Notes: generated from the sequence alone by a model not told the origin. 64,000 nt of DNA from an uncultured bacterium (GCA_903851135.1 CAINNK010000014.1:37574-101573), one strand, 5' to 3'; shown: positions 9,881 through 20,526, counted from the stretch's first letter. Numbers and translations are program-made.

Positions 9881-10378
9881 CTAGTCGTTGCTCTTGTTGA
9901 TATAAATCAAAAACAACAGCGGCAAAGTCAACCAAGAAAACTTGGCCCAAGGAGAAGTGAAATAAAACAGCGCATCCTTGGAAACATACTGCAAAAGTTG
10001 TTTATCACCCAGAAAAGTTGCTACAACGCTGAAAATCGCTCCGACCTCAAAAAAACTCATCAGGAAAATTTGCCAATAAGCCAGGCCCGAACCGGAAAGG
10101 CCAATGTCAAAAGTGTATCTACCAATTAGCGTCAGCAAGACCAATAAAATCAGAAAAATCAAAACTGGCAAATTTTTGCTGGTGCCAATCAAATCGATTG
10201 GCAAAACTTGCACCAGCGCAAATGAAAGATAGATATTCATGACTGAATTGTGTAAGCGTTTTTTTCCAACTGCCAACCAAAAAATCACTGCAATTGCCAG
10301 CATCACCAAGAGCACTGTAACCAGTTCGGCCAGTGAAGCTGACAAACCAAAACTATGAAAAATTTTTTCTAATTGCAT
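9881..10378 (-). CDS. hypothetical integral membrane protein
   Basis: ORF 9881-10444; start placed at internal MQLEKIF (ATG top 10378); alternative start at 10444. Several hydrophobic helices, no motif. Confidence 0.4.
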   Translation of the reverse strand: MQLEKIFHSFGLSASLAELVTVLLVMLAIAVIFWLAVGKKRLHNSVMNIYLSFALVQVLPIDLIGTSKNLPVLIFLILLVLLTLIGRYTFDIGLSGSGLAYWQIFLMSFFEVGAIFSVVATFLGDKQLLQYVSKDALFYFTSPWAKFSWLTLPLLFLIYINKSND

Positions 10379-10459
10379 ATTTAATTTTGTTTTAAAGTTT
10401 AGCTCAGATAGTAATATTATACATTTATTTCCCATTTGCAACAAGACTGAAAAATTTCA

Positions 10460-10497
10460 AGAAGGCTCAACCTTAGGAACACCGAAGGTTGAGCCTT
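10460..10497. promoter_or_regulatory. perfect 14-bp inverted repeat in divergent promoter region
   Basis: GAAGGCTCAACCTT-aggaacaccg-AAGGTTGAGCCTTC lies between divergent genes 9881-10444 (-) and 10530-12062 (+). Confidence 0.4.
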
Positions 10498-10529
10498 CGA
10501 CACCCATCACCTAGTGGACAAAACACAAA

Positions 10530-12062
10530 TTGAAGGCTATAATCAGAACCAGTATGGAAGATTCGCAAATACCTAAAAGAATATTCTGGTGGACCCTTTT
10601 TGTGCTCTTTTGGATTGTTTCAACCACAATCATCGGTTACGCCTTCGGCTATCGCTTCAGTTTCAAACGAGGTGTTTTTATTTATGGCGGCTCAATTTCC
10701 ATGAAGACAACGCCTTTGGACTCGGATATCTATATCAACAACGTCCTTTATTCTTCCAAAAAATTAAACCGCATCAACAATTCCTATCACATCGATGGAA
10801 TCACGCCTGGTGATTATCTTTTGGAAGTCCGCTCTCTCGGATATGCAACTTGGTCCAAAAAAGTTTCTGTTCACAGTGGAATCTCAACTGAATTTTGGAA
10901 CGTGGTGTTGACCAAAAATGAATACAAAAAAACCAGCTACGACACCAAGGGCGCGCAACGTTTTTTCGTTTCGCCCAGGAAAAACCTCACTGCTGTGGCT
11001 CAACAAAATGGCAACGATTTTGCCGTCAACATTGTCAGTGCCCAAGACAACACCGTCACCAACATTTTCAGTTCAAATGAATATGTCTTTACTGACAACG
11101 CCAAAGAAAACATTGAATGGACGCCTCAAGCGCATCGAATCATCATTCCAGTCATCAAGAACGACACTCAAAAAGAAAACTATCTCATCGCCGACGTTCC
11201 AGCTGACAAGTTTCTCAACTTGCAAGAACTGGCGCACACTGACGACCTTTCTCACGTGCGTTGGGACCCGAAAACCAAAAACGCTCTGTTCTACATGTCT
11301 GGTGGTAATCTTTATCGCATTGATTTAGACTCGCCAACAGAAATTCGCCAAGTTGCCCAAAACATTGCTAGCTATGAATTGGCTTCTAGCGGACTTTATT
11401 ATTTTCAACTTCCAGAAGGCCTCGTTTACAAAACCAACACTGATGGCACCGACAACCCCACGCAAATCACTTCTTCGGCTCCTTCTCACATGAGCGACCC
11501 AAATTACCAAATCATCGTCTACGACAAAGATAGAATGGTTTTTTTGAATCCAAGTCATGATCTTTATGTTTATAACCAAGGCGAAGACAATGACTATTTT
11601 CAAGAACTTTCCAGCAACGCGCTTGGCTCACAATTTTCAGATGATGGCAAAAAACTGCTTTATTGGAATGAACATGAGGTCAGTGTTTATTTCGCCAGAA
11701 AATGGGACGTGCAACCAATGAGAGCTGAAAATGAAATCTTGCCCATCACGAGATATTCAGATGTCATTTCCAATGTCCAATGGTCACGCGACTATGAACA
11801 CGTTATTTTTTCAACCGGTAAGCTCGTCAAATTTATTGAAACTGATCAGCGCGATCACCGCAACCTCATGGATCTTTTCAAGCTAAATTCCGACAACAGA
11901 CAAATCACCAACAACAATTCCGATGGTTTGATTTATTTCACTGATACCAATGCCGATGGTGCTACCACTCTCAACACTATTGAGTTCCCAGAAAAAACAA
12001 CCTTGTTACAAGGTTTTTTCCCTGGCACCACCAAGACGCCGCCAAGTGCTAACCCACAATAA
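10530..12062 (+). CDS. membrane-anchored PEGA-domain / beta-propeller-like hypothetical protein
   Basis: 510 aa; N-terminal TM helix, PEGA-like beta-sandwich segment (SDIYINNVLY...GDYLLEVRSLGYATW), C-terminal region with WD/TolB-like repeats. Confidence 0.5.
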   Translation: MKAIIRTSMEDSQIPKRIFWWTLFVLFWIVSTTIIGYAFGYRFSFKRGVFIYGGSISMKTTPLDSDIYINNVLYSSKKLNRINNSYHIDGITPGDYLLEVRSLGYATWSKKVSVHSGISTEFWNVVLTKNEYKKTSYDTKGAQRFFVSPRKNLTAVAQQNGNDFAVNIVSAQDNTVTNIFSSNEYVFTDNAKENIEWTPQAHRIIIPVIKNDTQKENYLIADVPADKFLNLQELAHTDDLSHVRWDPKTKNALFYMSGGNLYRIDLDSPTEIRQVAQNIASYELASSGLYYFQLPEGLVYKTNTDGTDNPTQITSSAPSHMSDPNYQIIVYDKDRMVFLNPSHDLYVYNQGEDNDYFQELSSNALGSQFSDDGKKLLYWNEHEVSVYFARKWDVQPMRAENEILPITRYSDVISNVQWSRDYEHVIFSTGKLVKFIETDQRDHRNLMDLFKLNSDNRQITNNNSDGLIYFTDTNADGATTLNTIEFPEKTTLLQGFFPGTTKTPPSANPQ

Positions 12063-12087
12063 CGAAACACTATCGACTATTTAAAAA

Positions 12088-12114
12088 AGCGCAGATTTGT
12101 TCTGCGCTTTTTTA
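12088..12114. terminator. bidirectional rho-independent terminator
   Basis: AAAAAAGCGCAGAtttgtTCTGCGCTTTTTT between convergent genes. Confidence 0.7.
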
Positions 12115-12125
12115 ATATGCTTTCT

Positions 12126-12297
12126 GACTAAAAAGTATCTTTAAATTTTTACGAGCTTGCTTGCTTTTTGGGCCTTTGAGCGACAGCTTCTCTGAGCTCT
12201 TGATTACAACTCCTAACCAAAAACATATCCTAAAAAGTAAATAAGGGAAATGAAAATTGTTAACTTAGTTTTTGAAAGTCATAAATTACGTATGACC
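12126..12297 (+). repeat. intergenic repeat family 1, copy A (~172 bp)
   Basis: Shares ordered blocks with copies at 46545-46720, 49826-49999 and (inverted, truncated) 48695-48785: TAAATTTTTACGAGCTTG, CTTTTTGGGCC, GAGCGACAG, CTCTGAG, AACAAGGGAA.TAAAAATT, ATAATTTACGYATGACCC. Confidence 0.7.
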
Positions 12298-12305
12298 CTA
12301 AAAAA

Positions 12306-12995
12306 CTATTTAACAACTTTCACTTTAACAATAAGATGATTTTTTCCTTGGACGACGCTTTGAAATTTTACTTTCTTGGCGCCCAGCAAATCAAAACCTT
12401 CACCGTCAACCAAAGTTGCAGCGTCGCGGCCGCCAATAATCAAATCTCCAATCTTCAAACGAATTTCGTCCACCAAGTCTTTTTCCAAAAGTGATGCATT
12501 TAGTTCTCCGCCGCCTTCAACTAAAATAGTTTTGATCCCTTCTTCAAAAAGAAAAAACATCATTTTTTCCAAATCGACAATTTTCTCGCCCAAGACATAA
12601 ACTTTTGCTTTTTTTCTGATTTCCTCAATTCTTCTGTCTGTGGTTTTGGCGGTCGTGAAAATCATTTTGTCACCCTCCCCTTCCGTGAAAAATTTTCCAT
12701 CCAAATCCAAACTGCCAGCATTGGAAACAACCGTAATCTTGATTGGCTCAGCACTTTTGCCAGCTCTGATTCTGTCATTTTTGCGTTTCTGTGTCTTGAG
12801 TGTCAAACTTGGATCATCTTGCCTCAATGTGTTTCCGCCAACCAAAATTGCATCCGCCTCCGCGCGCGCGTCCAAAAGCATCTCCTTGTCATTGTCAGAA
12901 GAAATGGGTATCTGCTCGCTTTTATAATTGCTAATCTTTCCATCCAGCGACATCCCCGCGCAGATGAAAACAAAAGGACGATTTTTTGATGACAT
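12306..12995 (-). CDS. RibD C-terminal domain reductase (diaminohydroxyphosphoribosylaminopyrimidine reductase / DHFR-like)
   Basis: Start taken at MSSKNRPFVFICAGMSLDGKI (avoids a 20-nt overlap with the HIT gene). Glycine-rich NADPH-binding segments GGNTL and EGGG. Confidence 0.65.
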   Translation of the reverse strand: MSSKNRPFVFICAGMSLDGKISNYKSEQIPISSDNDKEMLLDARAEADAILVGGNTLRQDDPSLTLKTQKRKNDRIRAGKSAEPIKITVVSNAGSLDLDGKFFTEGEGDKMIFTTAKTTDRRIEEIRKKAKVYVLGEKIVDLEKMMFFLFEEGIKTILVEGGGELNASLLEKDLVDEIRLKIGDLIIGGRDAATLVDGEGFDLLGAKKVKFQSVVQGKNHLIVKVKVVK

Positions 12996-13014
12996 ATTTT
13001 TTGGAAAAAATAAT

Positions 13015-13488
13015 TTATAATCCCCAATTTTCAAGACTATATTTTTCTTGTTGCAAAACTATTTTGATTTGCTTTTGAATTTCTTTTATATCTTCGTCAT
13101 TTAGGGGTTCAAAATTATCGTAAAACCCAGTTTCTCTTTGCGGAAAATAACACGCATCCCCATATTTATGAGTTTTTGCACTTTTAGCTCTCCCATATAG
13201 ATGGAGATGAAAATATGGTCCCTCGGGTTTGAAAACACTCCAATTTCCATTGTCTTGATAATTAATCCGACCAATATCAACTCCGCGATTATTCAAACCC
13301 ATGGTCATTGCTTCACCAATCAACATTGTCAAACGCATATATTCGATTGCCATTTGAGGTGAAAGCTGGGTTCGGTCAACTAAATGCTTCTTTGGCGCAA
13401 TCTTAATATGTCCACCATCCAATCTATCAACATGTGGCTTTTCAAATGCCTCAACAATAAAATTTTCTGTTTCGTAAATTTGAGTCAT
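13015..13488 (-). CDS. HIT-family (histidine triad) nucleotide hydrolase
   Basis: 157 aa; histidine triad HLHLY in PYFHLHLYGR. Confidence 0.75.
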   Translation of the reverse strand: MTQIYETENFIVEAFEKPHVDRLDGGHIKIAPKKHLVDRTQLSPQMAIEYMRLTMLIGEAMTMGLNNRGVDIGRINYQDNGNWSVFKPEGPYFHLHLYGRAKSAKTHKYGDACYFPQRETGFYDNFEPLNDEDIKEIQKQIKIVLQQEKYSLENWGL

Positions 13489-13500
13489 AATTAATTAGTC

Positions 13501-14067
13501 TTAAAAGTTTTTTGCATCTTTAATATACTTCTTTAATGTAACATAATATTCTTCCAATTCTTGCTTACAAATATCTAACGACAAGATGGCATATTTCTCA
13601 TCCATTTTTTCTTCGGCACTTTTTAGGCATTCCAAAAAGATTGGATTTCTTTTACCCAAAATTGTCAGGAATAAGAAAAAACCTTTTGGATGAATGAAGC
13701 GATAACAATCAGCATTTGCGCAAATTTCAGCTTCCAAGCATTCGAAAGGAACTTTGCCATGATGGGCTTCAACACAGTTTAAAATTTTTGTTTTTGAAAA
13801 TTCATCCAATTCAAATTTCTGCAAAAATTCTGCTGCAGCGTCCACGCTCATTTTAACATGTTCGGCAACCCTATTTTCCGAAGCAGCCTGTCCGAGTTTC
13901 AAATCCATCAGATAAACTCCGATTTGAACGATTTCTTTGTCAGCACCAAGTTTTTCAGCCAATTCAATGGCTTTTTTCTCAGAAATTTCGAAATGAACCA
14001 ATGATGGCAAGCCAAATTTTTCAATCTCAGCTAACGCATATTTTTTTGATTCTTGGATGATGTCCAT
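13501..14067 (-). CDS. HD-domain phosphohydrolase (YfbR-like 5'-nucleotidase candidate)
   Basis: 188 aa; H...HD-like residues (VAEHVK...EAHHGK), size typical of standalone HD nucleotidases. Confidence 0.55.
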   Translation of the reverse strand: MDIIQESKKYALAEIEKFGLPSLVHFEISEKKAIELAEKLGADKEIVQIGVYLMDLKLGQAASENRVAEHVKMSVDAAAEFLQKFELDEFSKTKILNCVEAHHGKVPFECLEAEICANADCYRFIHPKGFFLFLTILGKRNPIFLECLKSAEEKMDEKYAILSLDICKQELEEYYVTLKKYIKDAKNF

Positions 14068-14069
14068 AA

Positions 14070-14648
14070 TTATTTCTTTAAAAAGTTATTAATTTTTTCA
14101 AACAATTTTTCATGATCAACTTTTCCAAAGTCAGTTGTGTCAAATTCGAAAACATCAACTCCAATTTCAAGTGGCTGGTTAACTTCGTGCAAATTTTGCA
14201 TAAACTTTTTGTCATGCATTTTGATTGCATCCCTGTGCCCAAGGTGGCGCGAATTTGAAACAGCTCTTTCTTTGAAACGTTTTTCAACAGCTTCTTTGTT
14301 AGTTCTACAGTAAATATAAAAAACTTCAGCACTATTTTCCGATATCATGGTTTTTATTCTTTCATTATTCCAATCTGGATGAAAATTGCCTTCAACTACA
14401 GTTGCTATCGGTGATTTCAAACAAGATTGCAAAACATAGTAAAGCAATTCAAAACTCGTCTTCCCCATATCCTTGAGCGTTTTTTCTGCCAATCCTTTCC
14501 ATTGCAAACCATCATACATGACTTCTTTGATTGCATCACTGCCAAAAACTGGCAAAGCAAAACGCTCGGCAATTTTTTTCGAAAGTGTCGTCTTTCCCGA
14601 AGCCGGCGGACCAGAAATGAGGATGAGTTTTGGGTTATTTTTATTCAC
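14070..14648 (-). CDS. P-loop kinase (AAA_33/zeta-toxin/nucleoside-kinase-like)
   Basis: 192 aa; Walker A ILISGPPASGKTTL at N-terminus; 3-bp spacing to downstream HD gene. Confidence 0.65.
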   Translation of the reverse strand: MNKNNPKLILISGPPASGKTTLSKKIAERFALPVFGSDAIKEVMYDGLQWKGLAEKTLKDMGKTSFELLYYVLQSCLKSPIATVVEGNFHPDWNNERIKTMISENSAEVFYIYCRTNKEAVEKRFKERAVSNSRHLGHRDAIKMHDKKFMQNLHEVNQPLEIGVDVFEFDTTDFGKVDHEKLFEKINNFLKK

Positions 14649-14671
14649 AATTTGTACATTAATAAAAATGC

Positions 14672-15434
14672 TTATTTATGACTAACTACAAAATCCACAA
14701 CATCTTGAATCATTTTCTGAAAATCTTCCGGTTTTGAAAAATAATGGTCAGCGCCGGGAAAAATTTCAAGTTTGCAATTTTCAACAAGGCTGGAAAATTT
14801 TTGGGCTTCTTTAATTGTAACATTTTCATCTCGATCGCCAACTAGAATGATTGTTGGTGCTTTTATTTTTCCGCCGACTTCCCAAGTGTTGTTATTTTTG
14901 AAATCCTCAACAAAAGAATATTTCAAGTCTCGAAACTTTTCCATCTCTGTTTGTATGCTCAATATAGCCTAATTTCTGCCAATTTTCCATCCCAGTCTCA
15001 CCTCTGAACCTAAATTCATTTTGGAAATAATCGATAACAGGCGATTTTAGCACGAGCACAAACAAATTACTTAATTTTGAGGCTTCCATGATTGAAGCAA
15101 CTCCGCCGAAACTGGCGCCCAGCAGACCGATTTTAGAATATCCCAACGCTTTCAAAAATTCAATTGAACTCTCGATGTCCCTGACAGCCTGTGAAATCGT
15201 CAAATCTTCAATGTTTCCTTCACTTTCACCATGCCCGAAAAAATCAAAACGAAAAGTCGAAATGTCTTTTTGATTCAAAGCCTTTTCAATGGAAACATAA
15301 GTCCTGCTGTCCTTACCGGAAAAATTTCCATGGCAAACAACGACAACTGGTTTACCCTTGTCATCTGAGGGGTTAGAAATAATTCCGCAAAGTTTCAACC
15401 CTTCCTTGTTTTTAAAAAATATTTTTTCTTGCAT
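14672..15434 (-). pseudogene. alpha/beta hydrolase interrupted by a +1 frameshift (at poly-A run ~14937-14940)
   Basis: ORF 14907-15434 carries the nucleophile elbow GASFGG. ORF 14672-14962 (TTG-initiated in track) carries Asp (GDRDENV) and His (ADHYF). The two overlap by 56 nt in different frames. Confidence 0.6.
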
Positions 15435-15444
15435 AAAAATCTCT

Positions 15445-16116
15445 TTACTCCCTTGTGCTTAATGCAACTTTAATCCCGAGCAAAATCAGGGCGGCGCCGG
15501 TTAGGCGTTCAAGCCAGTGTCCAATCTTTTTGATTTTGCTTTTCAATGCATCATTTGAAAACAACATCGCTACAATCACAAACCAACTGCCAATTACAAA
15601 CGCAACTTCCAAACCGAGTAAAACTTGAATCAAAAATGGCGTGCCAGTTGAAATAAATTGCATGAAAAGACTCAAAAAGAAAAGAGTCACTTTCGGATTA
15701 AGCGCATTCGTAGCGATGCCAGAAAGCATCGCTTTTGCCGGTGAAATATTTTTTGCCTTGTCACTTTCCTTTTCAATTTCATTTTTCTGAAATTGCGGCT
15801 TGGCGCTGATCGATTTGAGCCCAAGATAAATCAAATAAATTGCTCCAACGTATTTGATTAAATTAAACAGAAGAATTGATTTGGAAATAATCAGGCCAAT
15901 TCCAGCCAAAGTATAAAAAACGTGCACCAGAACCCCGAGTCCGATTCCAATAGCCGTGAAAATTCCGATTTTGCGAGAGTGCACCAGGGAATTTCTCGTG
16001 ACCAACACAAAATCCGCTCCCGGACTCATCGCTCCCAAAAGTGCAATCGTTGCAAGGCCTATAAATTGTGGTAAATATTGCATAAGATTATTTTTTAATA
16101 ATTCCCCCTCCTCCAT
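15445..16116 (-). CDS. LysE/RhtB-family amino-acid exporter
   Basis: 223 aa, 6 predicted TM helices, LysE-like N-terminal pattern. Confidence 0.7.
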   Translation of the reverse strand: MEEGELLKNNLMQYLPQFIGLATIALLGAMSPGADFVLVTRNSLVHSRKIGIFTAIGIGLGVLVHVFYTLAGIGLIISKSILLFNLIKYVGAIYLIYLGLKSISAKPQFQKNEIEKESDKAKNISPAKAMLSGIATNALNPKVTLFFLSLFMQFISTGTPFLIQVLLGLEVAFVIGSWFVIVAMLFSNDALKSKIKKIGHWLERLTGAALILLGIKVALSTRE

Positions 16117-16223
16117 TCACTTCTCTTCTGATGCATTCTTTCATTGAAGCCTCCTTGCTGGACAAAATCAACGCTCTTTTTTCACATCCATTTTAACACA
16201 AAAAGCAAGAAAAATCTCAACGT

Positions 16224-16246
16224 TCTTGCATTTTGCATTCTTGCAT
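16224..16246. repeat. three tandem CTTGCATT direct repeats
   Basis: cttgcatt ttgcatt cttgcatt, about 110 bp upstream of the LysE-family gene start (minus strand). Confidence 0.4.
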
Positions 16247-16480
16247 TCCCCTCCGCACATTGCGCAGTGCGTAGGTAAAAGACGAGTGATGAGCGTTAAG
16301 AAATTTTGAAACGCAGTGAGGTCAGCAGACCGAACGGAGTGTAAATTTTAGCGAAGAGTGAAGTCTTTGCCCCAGCAACAAGCACGTGTCGGGAGATTTT
16401 CACCCAAAGGGTGATCATCCTCTGGATGACTTTTGTAACTTTTCTATTAAAAGAAAAGTTAACCCTGAATTTTCAACAAA

Positions 16481-16512
16481 AGAGTCCCGAAAAAATCGGG
16501 ACTCTTTTCGAA
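16481..16512. terminator. bidirectional rho-independent terminator downstream of dnaK
   Basis: AAAAGAGTCCCGAaaaaaaTCGGGACTCTTTT. Confidence 0.7.
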
Positions 16513-16514
16513 GC

Positions 16515-18434
16515 TTATTTCTTTTCTTCTTCTTTCTTCTCACCTTCAACCTCCGCATCTTTTACCTCTGGTTCGCCTTCCTTCTTCGGTTCGGCGCCTT
16601 CAGCTGCAGTTCCTTCAGCTCCAGGTTGTGGTTGCGCGGCAGCGTAAAGTTTTTCACCAATCTTTTGGGCGGCTTGTGAAAGAGTTTCTGACTTGGCTTT
16701 GATGGCGCTCAAGTCTTCGCCGTTTTTCACTTTATTGAGTTCCTCAATCGCTTCTTGGACAGGTTTTTTCTCATCTTCCGTGAGTTTGTCACCAGCATCG
16801 CGCATCGCTTTTTCAGTTGAATACACAAGCGTGTCAGCCATGTTGCGAGCTTCGACAAGTTCTTTCTTAAGCTTGTCTTCTTCGGCATGCATCTCGGCAT
16901 CCTTGGTCATCTTTTCAATTTCTTCTTTGGAAAGTCCAGAGGAAGCTTCAATTTTGATTGATTGTGATTTGCCAGTCGCTTTATCCTTGGCAGTAACATT
17001 CAAAATTCCATTAGCGTCAATGTCAAATTCAACTTCAACTTGCGGAATGCCTCTTGGAGCTGGTGGAATTCCATCCAAAATAAATCTTCCAAGAGTTTTG
17101 TTGCCGGAAGCCACTTCGCGTTCGCCTTGGAGCACGTGGATTTCAACGCTAGGTTGATTGTCAGCGGCTGTTGAAAACACCTGAGATTTTGAAGTTGGAA
17201 TAGTTGTGTTGCGATTGATCAGTGGAGTTGAAATTCCTCCCATCGTTTCGATTCCGAGGGTCAGCGGGGTCACATCCAGCAAAAGCACATCTTTGACTGA
17301 ACCTTCCAACACTCCACCTTGAATGGCAGCACCGAGCGCCACAACTTCATCGGGATTGACGGTGATGTTTGGTTTTTTGCCAAAGAATTTTTCCACAGTT
17401 TGCAAAACCAGTGGCATGCGAGTCATGCCTCCCACCATCACAACTTCGTTGATGTCCGAGGTTGAAAGTTTGGCATCTGCAAGTGCCTTTTTTACTGGCT
17501 CTAATGTCTTTGTGACCAAGTCACCCACCAGTTCTTCCAGTTTGGCGCGAGTCAGTTTCATCACCAAATGTTTTGGACCTCCAGCATCAGAAGTGATGAA
17601 CGGTTGGTTGATTTCACTTTCCATCGCAGTTGAAAGTTCAATTTTGGCTTTTTCAGCTGCCTCTTTGATTCGTTGCAGTGAAAGCGGATCATTGGAAAGG
17701 TCGATGCCTTCTTGCTTTTTGAATTCAGAGATAATCCAAGCAATGATCACTTGGTCAAAGTCATCGCCACCAAGATGCGTGTCACCATTGGTTGATTTCA
17801 CTTCGACAGTATCGCCGCCAACTTCCAAAATGGAAATATCGAAAGTTCCACCACCCAAATCATAAACCGCAATTTTTTCATCTTGTTTTTTGTCAAAACC
17901 ATATGCTAATGCTGCCGCGGTTGGTTCATTGATGATACGACGGACATTGAGGCCCGCAATTTCACCAGCTTCTTTGGTGGCTTTGCGTTGAGAATCATCG
18001 AAATAGGCAGGCACAGTAATCACCGCATCTGTGATTTTTTCGCCCAATTTTTCTTCGATATCACTTTTGATTTTTTGCAAAATCATCGCGGAAATTTCTT
18101 GCGGAGTGTAGTCCTTGTCACCCATGGTCACTTTGACAGTCTCGCCAGCGTGCACGATTTTGTACGGCATCGTCTTTTCATCACGTTGAACTTCCGCGTC
18201 GTGATAAGAACGTCCAATCAAACGTTTGATGGAAAACAAAGTGTTGCCTGGATTGGTCACCCCTTGGCGTTTGGCCAAAAGTCCCACCAATCTTTCACCC
18301 GACTTTGAAATAGCCACCATTGAAGGCGTCGTGCGATTGCCTTCTTTGTTTTCAATAATTTCCGGTTTACCACCCATCACGACTGCAAAAGCCGAGTTGG
18401 TGGTTCCCAGATCAATTCCAATAATTTTACTCAT
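16515..18434 (-). CDS. dnaK: molecular chaperone DnaK (Hsp70)
   Basis: [18 protein letters not shown] and full Hsp70 architecture. ATG at 18434 preferred over the GTG at 18452 used by the ORF track. Confidence 0.95.
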   Translation of the reverse strand: MSKIIGIDLGTTNSAFAVVMGGKPEIIENKEGNRTTPSMVAISKSGERLVGLLAKRQGVTNPGNTLFSIKRLIGRSYHDAEVQRDEKTMPYKIVHAGETVKVTMGDKDYTPQEISAMILQKIKSDIEEKLGEKITDAVITVPAYFDDSQRKATKEAGEIAGLNVRRIINEPTAAALAYGFDKKQDEKIAVYDLGGGTFDISILEVGGDTVEVKSTNGDTHLGGDDFDQVIIAWIISEFKKQEGIDLSNDPLSLQRIKEAAEKAKIELSTAMESEINQPFITSDAGGPKHLVMKLTRAKLEELVGDLVTKTLEPVKKALADAKLSTSDINEVVMVGGMTRMPLVLQTVEKFFGKKPNITVNPDEVVALGAAIQGGVLEGSVKDVLLLDVTPLTLGIETMGGISTPLINRNTTIPTSKSQVFSTAADNQPSVEIHVLQGEREVASGNKTLGRFILDGIPPAPRGIPQVEVEFDIDANGILNVTAKDKATGKSQSIKIEASSGLSKEEIEKMTKDAEMHAEEDKLKKELVEARNMADTLVYSTEKAMRDAGDKLTEDEKKPVQEAIEELNKVKNGEDLSAIKAKSETLSQAAQKIGEKLYAAAQPQPGAEGTAAEGAEPKKEGEPEVKDAEVEGEKKEEEKK

Positions 18435-18856
18435 ATTGTTTTTTAAACCCACAAATCTACAAATCAGCTACAAATCCACAAATTAAATTCGCAGACTGTT
18501 TATAAAATTGTACGTTAAATTATTTATTACTTACTTATTTTTTAAATTAATACCTCATTATGTGTCATTCTGAACTTGTTTCAGAATCTGCTTTCTTTAT
18601 TTCTTGCAGTTTTCTGTAACAGAGATGCTGAAACCCTCCAAAAGCGGACAGGCAAGTTCAGCATGACATTGTTTGTCGTCTTTTTTATATTGTTCGCTGT
18701 TTATTGTATTTTGACTATTGAGTGTGCTACAATAATTTTAGAGCTTGGCACATCGTTTGCCAGTTTTGCCCCTCGGGATTTTTGAACCATGCCCGCTGGG
18801 GCTTTTTTCTTTCCCTACGCTCTTCTCCCTAAAATCTAACATCTATAATCTAAAAT

Positions 18857-19483
18857 CTATTCCACGACCACTCTCGCCGCTCTAATAACTTTGTCTCCAA
18901 TCTTATAGCCCTTCATCATCACGGTCTTGATTTTATTTTTAAATTTCTCTTTTTCCTTCTCTTTCTCGCAATCGCAGTGGCCGCATCCACATTCCTTGTC
19001 CGCAATAGCTTCATGGAAAACCGGATCAAAGGTGTCACCAACTTTTGGCGCAATTTCCTCAATGCCATTTTCGATCAGCACCGCTTCCAGTTGCTTTTGA
19101 ATATACATAATCCCCGTCACCCAGCCGCCATCTTTCTGATCCTCGGGAATATGAGCAGTCGACATTTGAAAATTGTCCAACACTGGGATAATCTGCAAAA
19201 TGATGTTTTGCGTGGCATATTTGATCAAATCTTTTTGCGACTCCGCCTGCATGCGCTTGTAATTTTCAAAATCAGCTTGCGTCCGTTTCCAGCCTGCCAA
19301 ATTTTCTTTGGCCTGTTTTTCAAAATTTGTTTCACCGCTTTCTGCCTCATCGGCAGATAAGTCTGCTTCATCGGCAGATAAATCTTCGGTAACTTCATTT
19401 TCAACATCAACCACCTCTTCAATCTTCTCTTTCTCGGCGATGTCTTTTTCCAATTCCTCTTTTTCCTTTGTTTGTTTTGTCAT
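18857..19483 (-). CDS. grpE: nucleotide exchange factor GrpE (with acidic N-terminal repeat and Cys-rich C-terminal insertion)
   Basis: GrpE core ...NLAGWKRTQADFENYKRM...IPVLDNF...; insertion ECGCGHCDCEKEKEKEK before the terminal beta-domain. Confidence 0.9.
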   Translation of the reverse strand: MTKQTKEKEELEKDIAEKEKIEEVVDVENEVTEDLSADEADLSADEAESGETNFEKQAKENLAGWKRTQADFENYKRMQAESQKDLIKYATQNIILQIIPVLDNFQMSTAHIPEDQKDGGWVTGIMYIQKQLEAVLIENGIEEIAPKVGDTFDPVFHEAIADKECGCGHCDCEKEKEKEKFKNKIKTVMMKGYKIGDKVIRAARVVVE

Positions 19484-19640
19484 AAAATTTTTTATTCCTA
19501 CGAAATTACAAAATTATACAAAAATACAAAAACTTGCAAACTTACTTTAGGTCTAGCTGTGAACTAGCAACCGTGAACTGTAAACAATCTTGCACCCTAA
19601 CAATATAACAATTTAGCAATGTAACAATTTCAAATTTTTT

Positions 19641-20399
19641 CTAAAAAACTACAAAACTAATGCTTGATAAGCTAATCACTATTACTATTGAAGCACCAAG
19701 GAGCTTCTTCACATATTCAAGCATGGATTTGTTCTTGGCATATTCCATTCTTTTTGGACCAATCAGCGCCAGAATGCCTTTCTCGCCGGAACTGAGTTTA
19801 TATGGTGACACAATCATGGAACAATTTGAAGCGGCTTCAATAGGATTTTCCTGACCAATAAAGATTCTGGTCTCGCCTTCTTTCATGTTCTTGGTTAGCT
19901 GATCAAATTTTTCGTCGACATAGTCCAACATTTCAACCAGGCGACACATTTCATCCAATTCTTTGAACTCTGGTTCTTCCATGAGTTCCCGCATGCCGAA
20001 ATCAGAAAATTCATCGTTGTCAATCAAGCCACTGATGGCAAAATTTCCACTGACATGTGAAAGAAGTTTGGCCGTCGTGCGAGTCAGACGAGTGTTCTGG
20101 GCTTTCAGTTTCAAAAATTCCCGCTGCATTTTTTGTTGCTCATCCTTGGAAAGAATTTTGTCTTTCATCACTTCTTCCACAAAATAGCGATAACCTTGAT
20201 CAGTTGGGATTCGACCAGCGCTGATGTGCGGTTGATAGAGATAGCCATCTTCTTCCAAAGTGGTCATGTCGTTGCGGATGGTGGCGGGGCTGACTTTGAA
20301 TTTATATTTCCCAACCAAAATCTGCGAGCCAACTGGCACTGCTGTTTGGGTGTATTCCTCAATCACCGCCGCTAAAATTTTTTGTTGCCTTTCGTTCAT
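19641..20399 (-). CDS. hrcA: heat-inducible transcription repressor HrcA (short form, 252 aa)
   Basis: N-terminal wHTH MNERQQKILAAVIEEYTQTAVPVGSQ typical of HrcA; hrcA-grpE-dnaK order. Confidence 0.85.
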   Translation of the reverse strand: MNERQQKILAAVIEEYTQTAVPVGSQILVGKYKFKVSPATIRNDMTTLEEDGYLYQPHISAGRIPTDQGYRYFVEEVMKDKILSKDEQQKMQREFLKLKAQNTRLTRTTAKLLSHVSGNFAISGLIDNDEFSDFGMRELMEEPEFKELDEMCRLVEMLDYVDEKFDQLTKNMKEGETRIFIGQENPIEAASNCSMIVSPYKLSSGEKGILALIGPKRMEYAKNKSMLEYVKKLLGASIVIVISLSSISFVVF

Positions 20400-20526
20400 A
20401 ATATTGCCGATGCGAAACTACGAATAAAATTCGAATCTACGAATAAAATTTTACATAAATCAATCACGTGTAATCAGTTTAATCAGAAACTAATCAGTGG
20501 TTTGTATTTTTATTATATATTATGTG

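Noticed and set aside
16386-16679. ORFs 16386-16679 and 16411-16647 (+) at the dnaK 3' end
   Set aside because: They overlap the terminator and the low-complexity dnaK C-terminal coding region on the opposite strand.
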